A stretch of DNA of 64,000 nt from Octopus sinensis (GCF_006345805.1 NC_042998.1:99820001-99884000), one strand, 5' to 3'. Counted from the first letter of the stretch, positions 52,836 to 63,925 are shown. Made by a program: numbers and translations. Notes: generated by a model not told the origin, from the sequence alone.

Positions 52836-53156
52836 TATTTCTTTATTGCCCACAAGGGGCTAAACATGGGACAAACAAGGACAGACAAAGGGATTAAGTC
52901 GATTACATCGACCCCAGTGCGAAACTGGTACTTTCTTTATTGACCCCGAAAGGATGAAAGGCAAAGTCGACCTCAGCGGAATTTGAACTCAGAACGTAAC
53001 GACAGACGAAATACCTATTTCTTTACTACCCACAAGGGGCTAAACACAGAGAGGACAAACAAGGACAGACAAACGGATTAAGTCGATTATATGGACCCCA
53101 GTGCGTAACTGGTACTTAATTTATCGACCCGGAAAGGATGAAAGGCAAAGTCGACC
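52836..53156 (-). mobile_element. Headless SINE family A variant in direct tandem, 180-bp period
   Basis: TATTTCTTTA..CCCACAAGGGGCTAAAC begins at both 52836 and 53016. Both units carry AAGTCGATT and GAAAGGATGAAAGGCAAAGTCGACC. Confidence 0.85.
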
Positions 53157-54763
53157 TTTTTCTTTTTCGTTTTTTTTTAGTTACTTGTTCTTTATTTAAA
53201 ATAAAGTGCAGAATGATAGCTGTATAAAACTAACTTCCAAATAAATTATATCTTTCGATTAGTTCGTCAGTTACTCCGTTGGGCGTCTCCTGACATCATT
53301 TCTTGAGTAATCATTATGAAACTACGGCAGATTTAACTATTGTTTACTTAACTTATTTTTGGCAGCAGCGGTGAGAGCAGTTATTGAAGTAAATTATTTA
53401 CAAACGACAGACTCCTGTTTAGCGACACATTAAAAACTTGGAAAAGGGGAAAAAATGACAATTCAAAACAGGCTCAAAATAGAAAAGTAATTAAATGGCG
53501 TAGAAAATAATTGTTTTCTTTCACTGTCCTCTCTTTCTGTTTTCTCTCTCCTTCCCTCCATCTTCCGTTTGTTAATTAGTTTTCTCCCTAGCTATAGTGT
53601 AGTTTTATTGTTTTACATCTTACTGTCTACAAAAAAATGTCCATTCTATTCTCTCGAGGATCGTTCGTTGAATTACTACAATTGACAGAGTCTTGGTTTG
53701 TGAGAACACTGATTAACCAGTATGGCTGCCACCTTCAGCGCTTTTGTCTGCGTTGAGAAACTTTGAAGGTGTTGAAACATTTCCAACAGATTTACTGGTT
53801 AAGTTTCTTTCTGCTTTGCTTCATAAAATTTTCATTTTGCTTCTCACTACTTTTTAATCATGATTTCTCAGACATAAAACCACAAATTTATAAGGTGGAG
53901 GCGAATGTATTGCGTGACATTTATGTCTTCATCAACACCCTTGAGAAAGACAGCGGAAGAAGAAGGAATACAGCAAAAAACTAAAGTAGGTCACGACATT
54001 AGATTGCCTCTTACCTCCAGAAGAGCCTCTACGTTGTCACTTGATCTGCTAGAAATGGCAAACAAATTTCCCTACAGTCTTAGAAATATCTGAAACCTCT
54101 CTAGACATCGTAATATTAAATATGTGAAACCTGAAAAGGATTGTCATGGGTGGAATTTCGAACCGACCTGGGGGTAAAAAGTAACTTCTTTGTAATAATG
54201 ACTTCTCTTCCATTTGCACAAGGCCATACATTTATAGGAGAATAAGTTATAGTTTGTTGAATCGACCTTCACTCTGTTACACGCATGGTGCATTACTTAT
54301 TTCAGAAATTGAATTTCAATGAAGCTGTGACATTACATTTTGGCACCAATACTTATTTCAGTCTGGTGTATAATTTACTGTTCCCTAGTTTTTCGAACTG
54401 CTAAGGTGCGGATACAACATAAACAACATTCGTTTATATTGATGTAAACATAACCCCCACACACACACACACACAGACATAGATGACTGATTTCTACACG
54501 GTTTCTGATGCGGCGAACACACCTGAGTGAGAAGGGGGCTGTTCCATTACTGATAAATAGTGGATAGACACAGTAAGCAGTGTCAGTACGCGAGGTATTT
54601 TTGATGTTTTTAAAATCATTTTTGATCCCTTCGAGTTAAATTGTTATATACTTGTTGAAGGACTCCTGTAAGGGCGAACTTACTTGTTGAATAGCATTGT
54701 TAACCTGTTGAATTGTTGTTGCTGTTTTTATCTGTGAAATTACAATTGTTTTCTTCCCCAGTC

Positions 54764-55730
54764 ATGGGTGAAGTAGACAAGAAGAAGAGGATGGAGTGCG
54801 AACCAGTTCCAGCCGGTAGCTATGCTTCAGCCACTGGCAGAAGTTTGATGGCTGATGTGTTGCAGGTATGAGAGATACAGATGGAGCAGAGGAAGTTGAA
54901 GGATTTCAACAGACTCACAGAGAAAGATGGAACCAGTTTGAGGTTAGCACCGCCAGAAAATTTAACAGCGAGCGTGATGAAACGGACAGTGGTATATAGA
55001 ACGCTGTCCACGGCATTGAAAAAAATAGAAATAGCCATAGTAGAGGCTATAGAAGAATGCTTAAAGGGGGTAAAAAGCCTCACAACATTTTACACGAGAG
55101 GGAGGAAATACGGCACAGTGGAGGTAAGGTACGCTAGTGATCAAGAAGCAAAGGACACAAGAATGAATACTTCTGCCGACTTACTGTGGCAAACGAGTGG
55201 CCAGGGTAAGGATTGGCAGAGTACCCCCGGAGATTGAGGAGGAGTGGCTGGTGGCAGCCATCCTGTATAATATGGAGGACGTGAAGGTGTTGAAAGTGAC
55301 GAGGACGAAAGAGGTAAACTGATGGGGTTACGGCCTCGAAGTGGCCATCCAAGTTAGTTTACAAGACTTGCGTAAGATAGCGGAGGAGGTAATACTACCA
55401 GAGGACGTGAAACTGAGAGTAGTGGTGGAGAGAAGACCTCCAACCTGTTGCCAGTGTGGAGTAAGGGGGACATAGGAGAGCAATGTGTCCCCAGAACGAC
55501 GATAAAGGTGAAAAGGAACAACAACAGTAGGATGACGAGCAGGAGCAAAATGCCGAAGCGACGAACCCAGTATGTGAGAAGTGTCCAGAGAAGGTGGAGG
55601 AGGAGCATACGGTGGTGAATAGGAAGAAAAAAAGGAAAGAAGCAGCATTCTGAAGAGAAAAATAATTCTCTGTAGAGGAAGAAAAAAATCTCAAAAGAGT
55701 GAGGTGTTGTGGTGGACACCCCCAAGTTTA
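54764..55730 (+). pseudogene. Second, divergent ORF1 copy with an intact CCHC zinc knuckle, 3'-truncated
   Basis: ATG at 54764 (MGEVDKKKR...SYASA) is in frame with 54881 across a TGA at 54869. After one frameshift it reads LLPTYCGKRVARVRIGRVPPEIEEEWLVAAILYN...RRPPT-CCQCGVRGHRRAMC (CX2CX4HX4C at 55446-55487). It aligns along its length with the 38313 element and stops at the SINE at 55741. Confidence 0.75.
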
Positions 55731-55740
55731 TATAATATAC

Positions 55741-56135
55741 GCAGGCGTGGTCATGTGGTAAGAAACTTGCTTCTCTACCACATGGTTCCGGGTAATGTTC
55801 CGCTGCGTGGTACCTTGGATAGGTGTCTTCTGCTATAGCCTCGGCCGACCAAAGCCATGTTAATGGATTTGGCAGAGAGAAACCGAAAGAAGCTCGTCGA
55901 ATATATATATGCGTGTGTGTGTGCATGTGTTTGTGTGTGTATCTGCGTTTGTCCCCCCACCATCGCTCGACAACCGATGTTTGTGTGTTTACGTACCTGT
56001 AACCTGGTGGTTCGGCAAAAGTCACCGATAGAATAAGTACTAGGCTTACAAATAATAAGTCCTGGGATCGATTTGTTCGACAAAAGATGGTGCTCCAACA
56101 TGACTGCAGTCAAAATGACTGAAACAAAAGATAAA

Positions 56136-56136
<1 letters not shown>
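55741..56136 (+). mobile_element. SINE family B, full length
   Basis: GCAGGCGTGGTCATGTGGTAAG...CCACATGGTTCCGGG...GGCCGACCAAAGCC...GGTGCTCCAACATGACTGCAGTCAAAATGACTGAAAC. Confidence 0.85.
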
Positions 56137-56205
<69 letters not shown>

Positions 56206-56291
56206 AAGAAATTAATAAGTGTGGCTCATTAGCAATTAGAACCTAAAGGCAAAATTAATAGAGGTCACTAAAACTAGAGGTTTTGTTAGAG

Positions 56292-56702
56292 ATAGGAGTT
56301 AAACTATCACGAAGCCACAAGCGCACTATTTTAAGTAACTGACAATGGGAGGTAAGTCCCCAGTGTACATAGCCGGATCACGCTTTCGGATTTTGATGTA
56401 GACCATCTTTATTCTCAGTGCTTTTGTGCATTTACGTTCTAATTGCTAATAAGCCATCCTTTTTAATTTGTTGTCTACACTTTTACCGTTTGGGAAATTA
56501 ACACACGTTTTCAGCAGTTTTTCTTATAAGACTGACTGAAGTAGTTGAGTTTAACCCTTGGCGTTCAGAGCTGCTGATGAGAATTAAGATGGTTTACATC
56601 AAAATCCGAAATCGCGATCCGGCTATGTACGCTGGGGACTTACTTCCCTTTGTCAGTCACTCATAACAGTGCGTTGTGGCTTTGAGTTAGTTTAGCTCTT
56701 AT
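56292..56702. mobile_element. Fold-back element, arms about 130 bp, each arm with a hammerhead-type motif
   Basis: 56292-56420 is the diverged reverse complement of 56572-56702, around a spacer of about 150 bp. Confidence 0.8.
56569..56624 (+). ncRNA. Minimal type I hammerhead ribozyme motif
   Basis: AGCUG-CUGAUGA-G(aauuaaGAUGguuuaCAUCaaaauc)C-GAAA-UCGCGA-UC^-CGGCU. It has a 5-bp stem I (one G-U), intact core, imperfect stem II, palindromic stem III and an AUC triplet. Confidence 0.55.
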
Positions 56703-56777
56703 ATATAGCAAAAGCGGTGCTAGTCATTTTAGTGACCTCTATTCACTTACACGCACACGCACACACATATAAATATA

Positions 56778-57953
56778 TTGGTTCATCCCATAAATAATGC
56801 GGGGTGTAATTTATAATTCTTATAGTTTTCAAAATTAAGATAAACTAAGTTGTTTTATAATCTAAAATATATTCTCATTCATTTTCTACATCTATCTAAC
56901 TTGCAAAACCCCTCTTCCAAAATTCACTTGTGTCGAAAAATTCTCCAGTACTCTTCTGACCTCGTCTACAGAATTCATACTGTTTCTGTGCAAACGATTT
57001 TGAAGACTGCAGAATAAATGATATGCTGGTTGAGGCATCGTTTCCCATTCAAATTCTCCAACCTTTAGAATGTCATCCTCGCTGTATGTGGCCGAGCATT
57101 ATCCTGATGGAAGAACACCTTTTGTCTTGAAACCAAAGATGGTCATTTTTCTTCTAGCGCCGACTTAAGCCACTCAAGATGCTCGCAGTAGATCTCCTTT
57201 GTTATTGTTTGGTTTGGGTTTAAAAGTTCAACGTGGACTTAACCTTTCATATCCCTCCAAACATATAACAATACCTTACGTGGGTGAAGACCTTCTTTAG
57301 CCTGGGGTGCCGCTGTTTCTCCTTTCCGTACCCACTGTCTTTGGCACTTGACATTTTTATACAGAACCCATTTCTCGTCACTAGTTACTGTTCAGTTAAA
57401 AAAAGGTTCGTCACTCTCTTCGCGCGATTAGACTCGGAACGTTTGTAAGGAACCCACTGACCCAATTTGATGAACGGTTGAACGATCAAATCCAAGCTTC
57501 TCTGCTAGTTTCTCAACAGTTACGATGGGGTTTTGTTTCACCGAGGTTTGCAGGACGTCTTCGTCGAGCTCTACAGATCTTCCAGGACGAGGCTCATCTT
57601 CTAGGCTATAGTTTCCGGCTCAGAATTTCTGGAACCACCGTTGACATTGGCTTACGCTTATTGTCCGATCCCCATATACTGCATTAATATTCCTCGCACT
57701 TTCCGTTGCATTGTTGCCTTTATTGAACACATAAAGCAAAGTATGCCGAATACGCTCCTTTCTCACTTCTATTATAGCTTTGAAAAAATAACTGTTAAAA
57801 TCGAACTGCACTCTTCAACACTTGCACTAAGCATAATTACAAGGTAAAATGACTACCTGCTTTTATAACAAGTTGACGTAGGTAGTTTATCTCGTTCCCC
57901 TCCGACTTTTGGCTCTTACAATTGGAAAAACGCAATATTTATGGATGACCCAA
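56778..57953 (-). mobile_element. Mariner (Mos1-like) transposon, near full length, inactivated
   Basis: Imperfect TIRs TTGGTTCATCCCATAAATAATGCG (56778) and CGCAATATTTATGGATGACCCAA (ends 57953), with TA on both sides. The minus strand gives EVRKERIRHTLLYVFNKGNNATESARNINAVYG...QRWFQKF, VTSDEKWVLY, LHPRKVLL and FFHQDNARPHTA. The start codon is ATA (57772) and there are several stops and deletions. Confidence 0.9.
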
Positions 57954-58045
57954 TATATAGAACAACGAACTATACCTGTGACCCTTGCCTACTAAGTGAA
58001 ACAAGTGAGACTGAAGCGGCTGATGTTGAGTCTCAATATCTGCAG

Positions 58046-58064
58046 GTCGACAAATTCATGAAAC
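58046..58064 (+). CDS. Possible 19-nt microexon (VDKFMK, phase 0 to phase 1)
   Basis: atatctgcAG|GTCGACAAATTCATGAAAC|GTGAGT. The donor is strong and the phase fits the 51605 donor, but the polypyrimidine tract is weak. Confidence 0.2.
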
Positions 58065-59844
58065 GTGAGTAAAAAGGAATTCTAGAGGACTGTATTATTT
58101 CTTGGGACGTCGAGTCGTTTTTGTACTGTCGTGATCGGACTCACTTCCTATTGTATTGCACACGTTCTGCCTTTAATTAACTTTTCGAAGTGGTCTCCCT
58201 TTTGATCAGAACTGACTATTTACTCTAATAAATTTCTACTCATTACAGATGTAAGATCAATGAAAATTTCTTCAAGTAGTATGTTAGAACCAACCTTGTC
58301 ATTTGCTTTTCATGCTGAATGTGTTCCTAGGTATTTGCGCAAGTTCTCCTCGTAAGAGAAATGAAATGGTTTCAATAAGAAATCGATTAGCCAGTAGCTT
58401 ATCTCCCATCCCAAGTCACTACCTACCTTCCCATGTTTTAATAACGTACAAAGGATGGTTACTTTTACATTACACTTAACCTTAAGCATTTAATGTTATT
58501 AATGTTATCACTCAACGTCCTCAAAAAGTTAAGACAGGGGAAAAGGTAGATAATTATAGAATTATGCACCTATTAGCTTATGTCTCTGATACAAACCAGG
58601 ACATTGACAGTTAAGATATTTGCCTTGGTATAAAACTATATTTGTAACAAGCTAACAAATGAGTCTCTATGTGATCATTCGATCCACTTAAAATAGCAAT
58701 CAAATTTCTTTCTAATTACCTGCAACCGAATTAATTAAAAAAAAAGGAAGGAGTTGGTGGATAAACCATAGTGTTTTATAAGGACTGACTTGGAACTAAA
58801 CAACAATAATGATTGCAATAACATACGATTTCAAAACCCATAAACAGAAAAGATATTGCACATTTCCCATTTCTACCAACATAAGAATTCATAAATTCGA
58901 ATCAGTGTGACAATTTTTTAGCTTTTTTTAACGAATGTGTACGATTAAACTAAAAGTTATTGATTTTTATTTTTCTTCCTCCCTTGGGTATAATGATCAT
59001 TTTTTTATGAGAAAAGTGTGATCAACTGTGTTTATATTTCTACGTTACAATAACTTTTTTCTATCGACTCTTGGGAGTTACTGGCAGTCTATCCTCTAAG
59101 TTGTTATAACATCTTTTGTTTAACGTTGTTTCGTTACAACGTTATGAGAAATAAAAACAAAACCAAATACTGCACAATAAAAATTCATAAAGTGTACGTC
59201 TTTCACACTGAAATCTTGTTGTTTGATTTGATTTTCCATTTATTTATTTATCTGTTTATTTATTATAACCGGATACGGTTTGTAATTCACTGGAATATAA
59301 ACAAAACCTTGATAAATATACTAATTATTCAATTTCTTTATTCACGACCGCCACCAATGATAAAATCTTAATGTCGGCTTCATGGAGATTCAACTCCTTT
59401 AAGATGCGACAATACTTAAAATACAAAATAAACAACGAAAAGTAGAGAGTGAAATCGCATTTAAAAAATACAAATTACGGCACTTCTAAAGCAGGGTTTG
59501 TTTCATCTATAATAATCCACTTAAAATTTTCATAAGTAACTTTTTCTGCGTCGTACTGAGTACAAAATGTTGCCTCTTCGGTTTCCCACGAACAAGTTGC
59601 TTTTCTACTGGCCTTTTAGACATGGCTTTTAATGAAAATTATAATAAATTAGGACAAATAGATAAATAGGTTTAGAAAGGGGAAGTTTACAAATTAAAGC
59701 CTCGCGGTCGAATGGCAAACTACGAAGCCTTCCATTTTTAAAACTAGCTAGTTTTCACTATTGTTTGGTTTTGAACTGAGTGGTTTTGAACTCCTTACAA
59801 TGTTGGCAATGCAAATATTTATTTCTTGATTTATCTCTGTTGCA

Positions 59845-60538
59845 ATGACAGTCAAATGCGCGTTCTGCACCACTGCCATCTGCCTGTTAGTAAAAAAAGA
59901 AAACCACCAGAAACATGTGTATAAAAACTAAATTAGAAGTGTTACGGAGATTCAACTATGGACAATGAACTGTTGATACTGGAAGAACTTTTGGTCAGTG
60001 ACCAAGAGCTAAGCGAATACTTCATTAGAATACCAAAAAATTAAACTTTGTGCTCAAAATCTTTAGCAACAGCAAAGTTTCGCAGGAATAAGCAGCATAG
60101 CAGAAAAATGCAAAATTTTAAGGCACATAAATAGAGGGCTTGCATCAGATTAACTCTCCATATTCGTTTTTTGTCATAGAACCTTAAAATTTATTCGATT
60201 ACCTAAAAAAATTGTTTCTGGGCTAAAAATGAAAAATCTCGTCTTGGTTGTCCCATAGGACGCCCCAAAAGTGAAAAAATTTCGTGGTTAGTTTGAGAGT
60301 TTCATTCGAAATTGCATAACGTACTAACAGAAAAACCTGCAAAAGTCGAAGAAGAATCTAAAACTGCTTTTTCAGCTTTATTGAAAAACGTTGTTGATGC
60401 TTGGGGATACACGCTGCAGTCAATTTTTACGGTATATGAGACAAGCTTGTTTTAAAAATGAATGTCAAAATGAAGGTACGTTCCTAAACAAGAAAATCTG
60501 CACTACGATTCGAGGTTGCCAATGATCGTATGACACTC
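59845..60538 (+). pseudogene. Tigger-type pogo transposase remnant
   Basis: Motifs in the expected order across frameshifts: KTKLEVLRRFNYGQ*TVDTGRTFG (CENP-B N HTH), RG*FESF, LHNV..EKPAKVEEE, GYTLQSIFTVYETSLF*K*M (cf. GY..EQVFNxDETGLFWKRM), KSALRFEVANDRMTL. Confidence 0.75.
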
Positions 60539-61649
60539 TGAACTTTTATAGTTAAAGGTTTGTCTGAGGCTTATTGGTTTTTAGAGAAATCTGCCATTTT
60601 CACTGAAAAAAGATGCTCAGAAATGGAAGAGTTAAGAAGCAAACAGATTAATGAGTGGATACGAATACCAAAAGATTGTACAAATGAGAGACAAAAATGC
60701 ACAGCATACTTCTTTTTTAAGTAAATAAAAATTGTATTAGTTTTCTTTATTAACCTTTCTTAAATGTGTGTAGCGCACATGTATATATCAATGTTCAATA
60801 TTACAAATGTTTTAAGTATTTATTAGGAGCTTGGTGTTTGTGTGACTAGGAAGACAACTCTTGTTTATGTCATTGAACCTACTGAGCAACGAGATTGAGA
60901 AGTTCTGACGTTCGTATATTTTCAGACATAAGTAAAACTGTTACAAGTTTGTTTTGGTTTTGGTGTGTTTATAAAAAAGGCTCATTGCCGTTGTTATCGA
61001 TTAGCCTTGGGTGAGTTTTGATCGATCAGACCTATGTTCAAAGGCGTTCCAGCTGTTACCATTCCATCATGCTTGCAAACATAGTGTACCTTGGAGTACT
61101 CGAAGGAGAACATTCTTGGTGCAGTCCCATGGTCATTTAGGCGGCTATTTTTAGCATATTAACGGCTACTTGGAGATCATCTCTCTTCCTCATTAGCTCG
61201 AGCCACGATGTGTTGTTGTTATAATTCTCTGAGTAAGTACTGCAATCCAACGTGTTGGTTATGTGATAGCTGTGTCAACTAGAGTAAAGCCTTTAGAGCG
61301 TGATAGCTTTTCCAGGCGGAGTAAATGAACTTGGTGCAACAAAACAACAATGAATCACTTATTACATTGGCCATACTGCCACCATTTTTCAGTTTCGAAG
61401 GCTTATGTCAAGGAGACGTTATCAGTCCAAGAGACGTAATCACTTCCAGAGGCCTTTCGCAGCATCTACATAGAACTCGATCACGAGCACAATCCAGTTC
61501 CATTGACGAGGCATGAACCACCGATCTTTCGGCTGGTTTTCCGGTGCATTTTCGTATTTACTATTCGGTTACTATAATTGATCTTACAGTAAACTGATAT
61601 TTAGTCCCAAGTCAACTCTGAACGAGCAAGCCTGGGCATTCCAGTGATT

Positions 61650-61890
61650 GGGGTGTTTGATTCACGATCGTAAGGGCGTGGGTTTCATTCCTGGACCGGA
61701 TGACGCGTTGTGTCCTTCAACAAGGCATATTTCATATTGTTACCAACCACTCAACTGACAATTAGTACCAGCATTAACTGGGGACAGGGTAGCCTTGTAC
61801 CAGACTGAAGCCCCATCCAAAGTAAAGGAGTCCTGTATTCTCGTTTATATGCCCTGGAAACTCGGAATTGACATAAGCCAGTCGGCTTAA
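61650..61890 (+). mobile_element. SINE family C-like, degraded
   Basis: GGGTTTCATTCCTGGACCGG (B-box-like), GTTGTGTCCTT..CAAGGCA, ACCACTCAACTGAC and GAAACTCGGAA. Confidence 0.55.
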
Positions 61891-62419
61891 GACACTTTAA
61901 TAGTGATGTCCCAGTAGAGCCATAGCTAACACACTGGAACCACGGAAAGTGTGAAAATTTACCTTGGTCTATATTGTTCAATATGTCATTCGTTTTTGTT
62001 GTTTTTAGAGAGAGAGAGAGTTTAGCTGTTATTTTTAGCTCGTTGAGAGATTAGAGATTCCTTCGTTAACTCATTAAATTGAGTTTTATGTGGAATTTCA
62101 TTGTACAGTTTTGTTAGCTTTCTTTTTCAGCCTGTCTTAGCCGGAAGTCGTGAGATAAAAATAAACTGTTCAACACACACACATAAGCACTTGCTACGAT
62201 TATCGTTAGCATCTATGGTTGATATGTAAGCTTTATTACCCAAATATTGTTGATAAGTACAGAGATATGCTGGTCAAACAGTACAATTTTCAGAATTCTA
62301 TCGTTAATGTTTTCGTTCTCTTTTCCTATCAGCAACGAGGCTATCTACATTTTCATTTATTCTAGTGTTTTTGGTGTCATTTCTATCGTAGCACCGGTTT
62401 ATGTATCAGGATTGGTTCA

Positions 62420-62432
62420 TCTCTCTCTCTCC

Positions 62433-62499
<67 letters not shown>

Positions 62500-62535
62500 T
62501 TGTGTGTGTATATATATATATATTATATATATATA

Positions 62536-62571
<36 letters not shown>
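62420..62571. repeat. Compound (TC)n/(TG)n/(TA)n microsatellite abutting the 62574 fold-back
   Basis: Read directly. Many further (TA)n and (CA)n tracts across the window are not listed individually. Confidence 0.95.
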
Positions 62572-62573
<2 letters not shown>

Positions 62574-62897
62574 GTTGTATACTGTCAACTTAATGTGACA
62601 GTCCCATGAAGGGAATCACACCACTGCTATTTAGCCCTAGGAAGCATCAACGCTTCCTGCCGGTCTTGACACATTTCCTGTGTCCTTATGTTTATAAGAG
62701 GGAGACAAGCATCTCCACCCAGCTAAGCCTGCATCCAGAGACTAGTTTCTGAGTCTTTGCTCGTCATCAGTCTGGAGTAGCATAAGGACACAGGAAATGT
62801 GTCAAGGCCGACAGGAAGCGTTGATGCTTCCTAGGGCTAAATAGCAGTGGTGTGATTCCCTTCATAGGACTGTCACATTAAGTTGACAGCATACAAC
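62574..62897. mobile_element. Fold-back element, arms about 118 bp, hammerhead motif in the loop
   Basis: 62574-62690 is the near-perfect reverse complement of 62781-62897 (3 mismatches seen); TA on both sides. Confidence 0.85.
62734..62776 (-). ncRNA. Minimal type I hammerhead ribozyme motif
   Basis: UCCAGA-CUGAUGA-C-GAG-CAAAGA-CUC-A-GAAA-CUAG-UC^-UCUGGA. It has a perfect 6-bp stem I, intact core, palindromic stem III (ACUAGU) and a GUC triplet. The pair closing stem II is C-A rather than G-C. Confidence 0.65.
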
Positions 62898-62949
62898 TAC
62901 TCTATCGTACCACTACTGCTTTTATCTCTCTGAGATATTTAGAAATGTA

Positions 62950-62983
<34 letters not shown>

Positions 62984-63287
62984 CAGAGACGTGTGTGCGT
63001 GTCTCTTTATATATATAGTTTATATGAGAGTGTGTGTGAACATGTTTTCTTACATCGATCCGTGTTCGTCCGAATGTGAGTGTATGTATTTGTATGTATG
63101 TGTGTGTATGTATTTGCGTGCATGCGTATATTTATATGTGCTTAAAATGACCTGACCATTTTTATCAAATATCAAATTGTTGAAAATTCAGATTCGCCTA
63201 TTGTTATCTGCTTTGACTCGAACTGAATGTTCGATTTTAAATGCATAACAAAAATAAAAGAAGAAATAATTAACTTTAGTTTGATAG

Positions 63288-63430
63288 ATGATAACACGGA
63301 ACTTAAGAAACTCCCGTTCATCAGCTTCAAGGAGTTTACAGATATCCGCTCGATGCCACACGGCATACAACCGATGGGTTATTTGTCTAAGAAGAAAAAC
63401 AAAAATAAATTTAATATGTCCATATATTGA
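63288..63430 (+). CDS. Possible downstream coding exon (DNTELKKLPFISFKEFTDIRSMPHGIQPMG...)
   Basis: Unique sequence with an open frame 63227-63430. Phase-1 acceptor aactttagtttgatAG ends at 63287. It has a weak donor G|GTTATT at 63378, or else runs to TGA at 63428-63430. Confidence 0.25.
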
Positions 63431-63764
63431 TCTCAAGTCTTATGTACAAGATGTCAGTTAGATATGAATATATCTTGTTACTAATGCAGCATGTATTTAG
63501 ATGCATAAACCCCAGGCAGTGATGGTCAGAGTTCAGCTAAGTGTTGATATTGTCATTTGTTATTGGCAAGTTTTCATATCAAATAGCAAATTATGTGTCG
63601 GATTTCGATGTATGGGTTGTATGAGCCTCATTGTAACCTATCCTATATACAATATAATCTTCATTCAAATTTCAATGAATAAAGAGTATGCAATGCAGAA
63701 GAAATGATGAAATTATGCTAATATCAAATTCACCTTAAAAGTGTTATATATTGTGAATTAGCAG

Positions 63765-63925
63765 AATCATTAGAATCAGAAAATGCTTTGCGTTAGTTCT
63801 TTCAGCCTGCCCCGTTCTGAGTTCAAATCCCGCCGATATCAGCTTTGCCTCTCATCCCCTTGGGGTCTATAGTATCGACTAATCCCAAACCTTCAAAATT
63901 CGCTTACCTTAGACCTAAATTAGAA
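63765..63925 (+). mobile_element. SINE family A, degraded
   Basis: GCAGAATCATTAG...GAGTTCAAATCCCGCCG...CTTTGCCTCTCATCCCCTTGGGGTC. Confidence 0.7.

Noticed and set aside
63295-63328. Minus-strand CTGATGA followed by a 6-bp stem
   Set aside because: The stem is followed by GTTA, not GAAA.
63188-63436. 82-aa minus-strand ORF
   Set aside because: It is antisense to the more plausible plus-strand frame and has no recognisable motif or splice support.
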